DNA from: Takakia lepidozioides
Lineage: Eukaryota; Plantae; Bryophyta
Assembly: GCA_030704615.1 (NCBI GenBank)
Contig: CM060731.1
Location: 92,876,001-92,940,000 of the forward strand
DNA length: 64,000 bases
Direction: 5' to 3'
Position numbers and translations under genes: made by a program. The notes under the pieces are model-generated. The model did no database searches. It was not told the DNA's origin and saw only the letters and a program-made list of their open reading frames with translations. Position 1 is the stretch's first letter, and the number at the start of each line of letters is the position of its first letter. Of the stretch, positions 61,770 through 64,000 are shown piece by piece.

Positions 61770-62660
61770 GAGCATCTCCACAATGAGCACGACACGTCAA
61801 ATGCTATATGCCCTGGTTACAGGGGCGACGGTATTTTTTGCAGGGACGGGTTGGTTGGCACTCCACAATTGGGATGGTAGAAGACCCAGCACAGAGAGTG
61901 CCGATCACTGCCAAGCGCGATCGCAGTTTTTTGAGCGTTGAATTGGATTTTTGGAGAGCGCATGTGGCTGGGTTGGGGGCACAGACCCCAGATGCTTGTG
62001 CAGGCCATTTGGGTTTGAGTTCTATTCAAAAAATCATTGCAGCCTTGCGTATGATGGCATACGGTGTAGCAGCCGATGCTTGTGATGAATATTGTCGATT
62101 GGCAGAGAGTACTACGACCTTGTGCTTGAAGAAATTTGCAAGGGCAATCCGAGAAATTTATGAGAGTGTGTATTTGAGGTTGCCAACCAGAGATGACTAC
62201 CAGAAACAATTGAATATCAATGCCGCCAGGGGATTTCCAAGGATGTTTGGCTCCTTGGATTGTATGCATTGTTGGAAGAATTGTCCCGTTGCTTGGCAGG
62301 GGCAATTCACAGACAAAGATGGGGAACAATCAGTTATTTTGGAAGCTGTGGCAGATCAATCTTTGCACATTTGGCATGCATACTTTGGACTTCCAGGTGG
62401 AAACAATGATCTGAATGTGCTTGATCCTCTAGTATACCTGCTTTTTTCAATGTGGCTGCAGCCATGTCGGCTGTGGCACGAGCCTGGGCTCTGATTGCAT
62501 AGTCCCTCATTTTCTGGTCCTTTTGATCTTCCTTGGCTGCTTTGTTCCCCTGCGGACGCTTGGCAGAAGCAGGTCCAGGTCCGGGTGTGGGTCCATGTGT
62601 GGCAATACACATATTGTCAATGTCAATAAATTCTACCTCACCGACATCACTCATTTTCCT
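61770..62660 (+). mobile_element. Internally deleted PIF/Harbinger element
   Basis: TAA+GAGCATCTCCA TIR; transposase ALRMMAYG..DEY..GFP.MFGSLDCMH..ILEAVA..NNDLNVLD (+, ~61980-62428); convergent partner-ORF fragment RPQGNKAAKE (-, 62430-62660). Confidence 0.85.
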
Positions 62661-62679
62661 CTTCATGGGCGGCGTTCTC

Positions 62680-62815
62680 CTCACCAGGCGAGGGCAAGAA
62701 GTATTCACGCACTTGCAATGTCCAACACAAACCGACCTTCGAAATTTCAATCCAATGTCGTTGTGGATGTTCAATGTTTTTGTCCTGCACCAAGGGTGAC
62801 CATCTTGTTCTCCTT
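62680..62815 (-). pseudogene. GCM-like MULE transposase fragment, copy 4
   Basis: DGHPWCRTKTLNIHNDIGLKFRRSVCVGHCKCVNTSC, closest to copy 3. Confidence 0.8.
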
Positions 62816-62834
62816 TAAACATTTGAATTGATCG

Positions 62835-63695
62835 TGATGATCGGTGCCGATCATCACTATCTGCCTTTGAAAACAACAAACCCTAAAGCTCCTAATCTGA
62901 TTCGGGATGACAAGGATGACGCAACCATGCAAGGTTTTCTAGCCCTGTTTCTTCTCTTCAGGATTCAATTGTTATTCAATATTGGTTCTTCAGTTGCATG
63001 CTATACAGATTCCCGAGCTTTCAGAAAATCATTATCGGTACCGATCGTCACAACCAGACTGTCCTTGGATGCAAACACCCAGGAGGTCTGAATGTGATGG
63101 TCGGCACCAATCATCAGTTTTCTGAAGAATCCCGTCTTTCATTGTATGGGCTTTTGAGCAAAGGAATGGACATGGAAGCGATGATCGCCACCAATCATCG
63201 CTTTTCTGACATTGCTATTCCTCCAATTAGGTTCCCTGGACCTTTTACAACCTTAAAGGGTTGGTTTCCTCGTTTGGATTCTTGTGTAATGCCCAATCAG
63301 TTCAGAAAGTGATGATCGGTACCGATCATCACAATCAGACTGCCCTGGGATGCACACACCAGTGAGGTCTGAATGTGATGGTCGGCACCGATCATCACTT
63401 TCTTGCAGAAGTAGGCCACTCACTATATGAGCTTTTCAGTCTAGGAATGGACTTGGAAGCGATGATCGCCACCGATCACCACTTTTCTGTCACTGCAATT
63501 CCTCCAATTAAGTGGAATGGACCTTGTACATCATAAAAGTTTTTAGTTTACAAAGGGTTGGTTTGCTCTGTTGGATTCTGGGGTAATACCCAATCATTTC
63601 AAAAAGTGATGATCGGTACCGATCATCACATTCAGACTGCCCTGGGATGCACAACTGCCCAGGTCTGAATGTGATGGTCGGCACTGATCATCACT
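62835..63695. repeat. Array of nine GTGATGATCGGTACCGATCATCAC-type palindromes in a ~280-300 bp higher-order repeat
   Basis: Copies near 62835, 63028, 63094, 63178, 63309, 63375, 63459, 63606 and 63671. Confidence 0.9.
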
Positions 63696-64000
63696 TTCGT
63701 CGTGAACCACGCCATTGCTAGTCTAAGCTGAACATCCCTTCGCCTTCTTCGGCTTCGTGGCGACATCGCTTGGATCGCCCTCTTCTGCTTTCCTCTTCCC
63801 TTTTCCATCGGTCTGAACACAAGATCAACCATGTTCTTCAGTTGCACATCAAAGGGAAAGCATCCACGGCTAATGAAAACAGTAGTATGTGGATATGGAG
63901 TGCTCACCATTTCTGTCTGATGTAGGGTTCGCAGACTTCCTCCCCGTATGACGTCCTTTGCTCCTCCTCCTGTTCTCTTTTCTTCATGCAAGAACTTGGC

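Noticed and set aside
62334-62879. 181-aa ORF as a genuine protein
   Set aside because: Chimera of a palindrome repeat, a GCM-transposase fragment and a Harbinger partner-ORF fragment created by deletions
60275-63695. CRISPR arrays suggested by spaced palindromes
   Set aside because: Spacers are long, variable and partly duplicated; no cas genes; eukaryotic TE context

Overview
Eukaryotic, repeat-dense window, most likely from a non-seed land plant (spliceosomal introns, PPR E/E+ fragments, Tcn1-type chromoviruses; the taxon is an inference). Only one intact host gene is evident: a multi-exon FHA-domain kanadaptin/SLC4A1AP homologue (~42.8-51.7 kb, +). The rest is a nested stack of decayed transposons: three Ty3/gypsy families, plus a PHD-bearing remnant with 84-bp LTR-like repeats, two CACTA elements, hAT, PIF/Harbinger and LINE fragments. 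The most notable signal is a family of atypical Mutator-like (MULE) transposases present four times. It has a GCM/WRKY-like 'DGHPWCxTxT...CxGxxxC' domain, a DDE core with CxxH, and a Cys-rich domain plus SWIM finger. A ParB/Sulfiredoxin-like 'DGNHR' gene occurs twice, once joined in frame to the transposase, and several arrays of regularly spaced palindromes lie nearby. Other highlights are an apparently self-priming (Tf1-type) chromovirus, a CACTA TnpA-like gene carrying an FCP1/NIF phosphatase-like domain, a duplicated PPR fragment, and local inversions whose breakpoints can be reconstructed from the sequence. All family assignments come from recognised motifs; no database searches were run.
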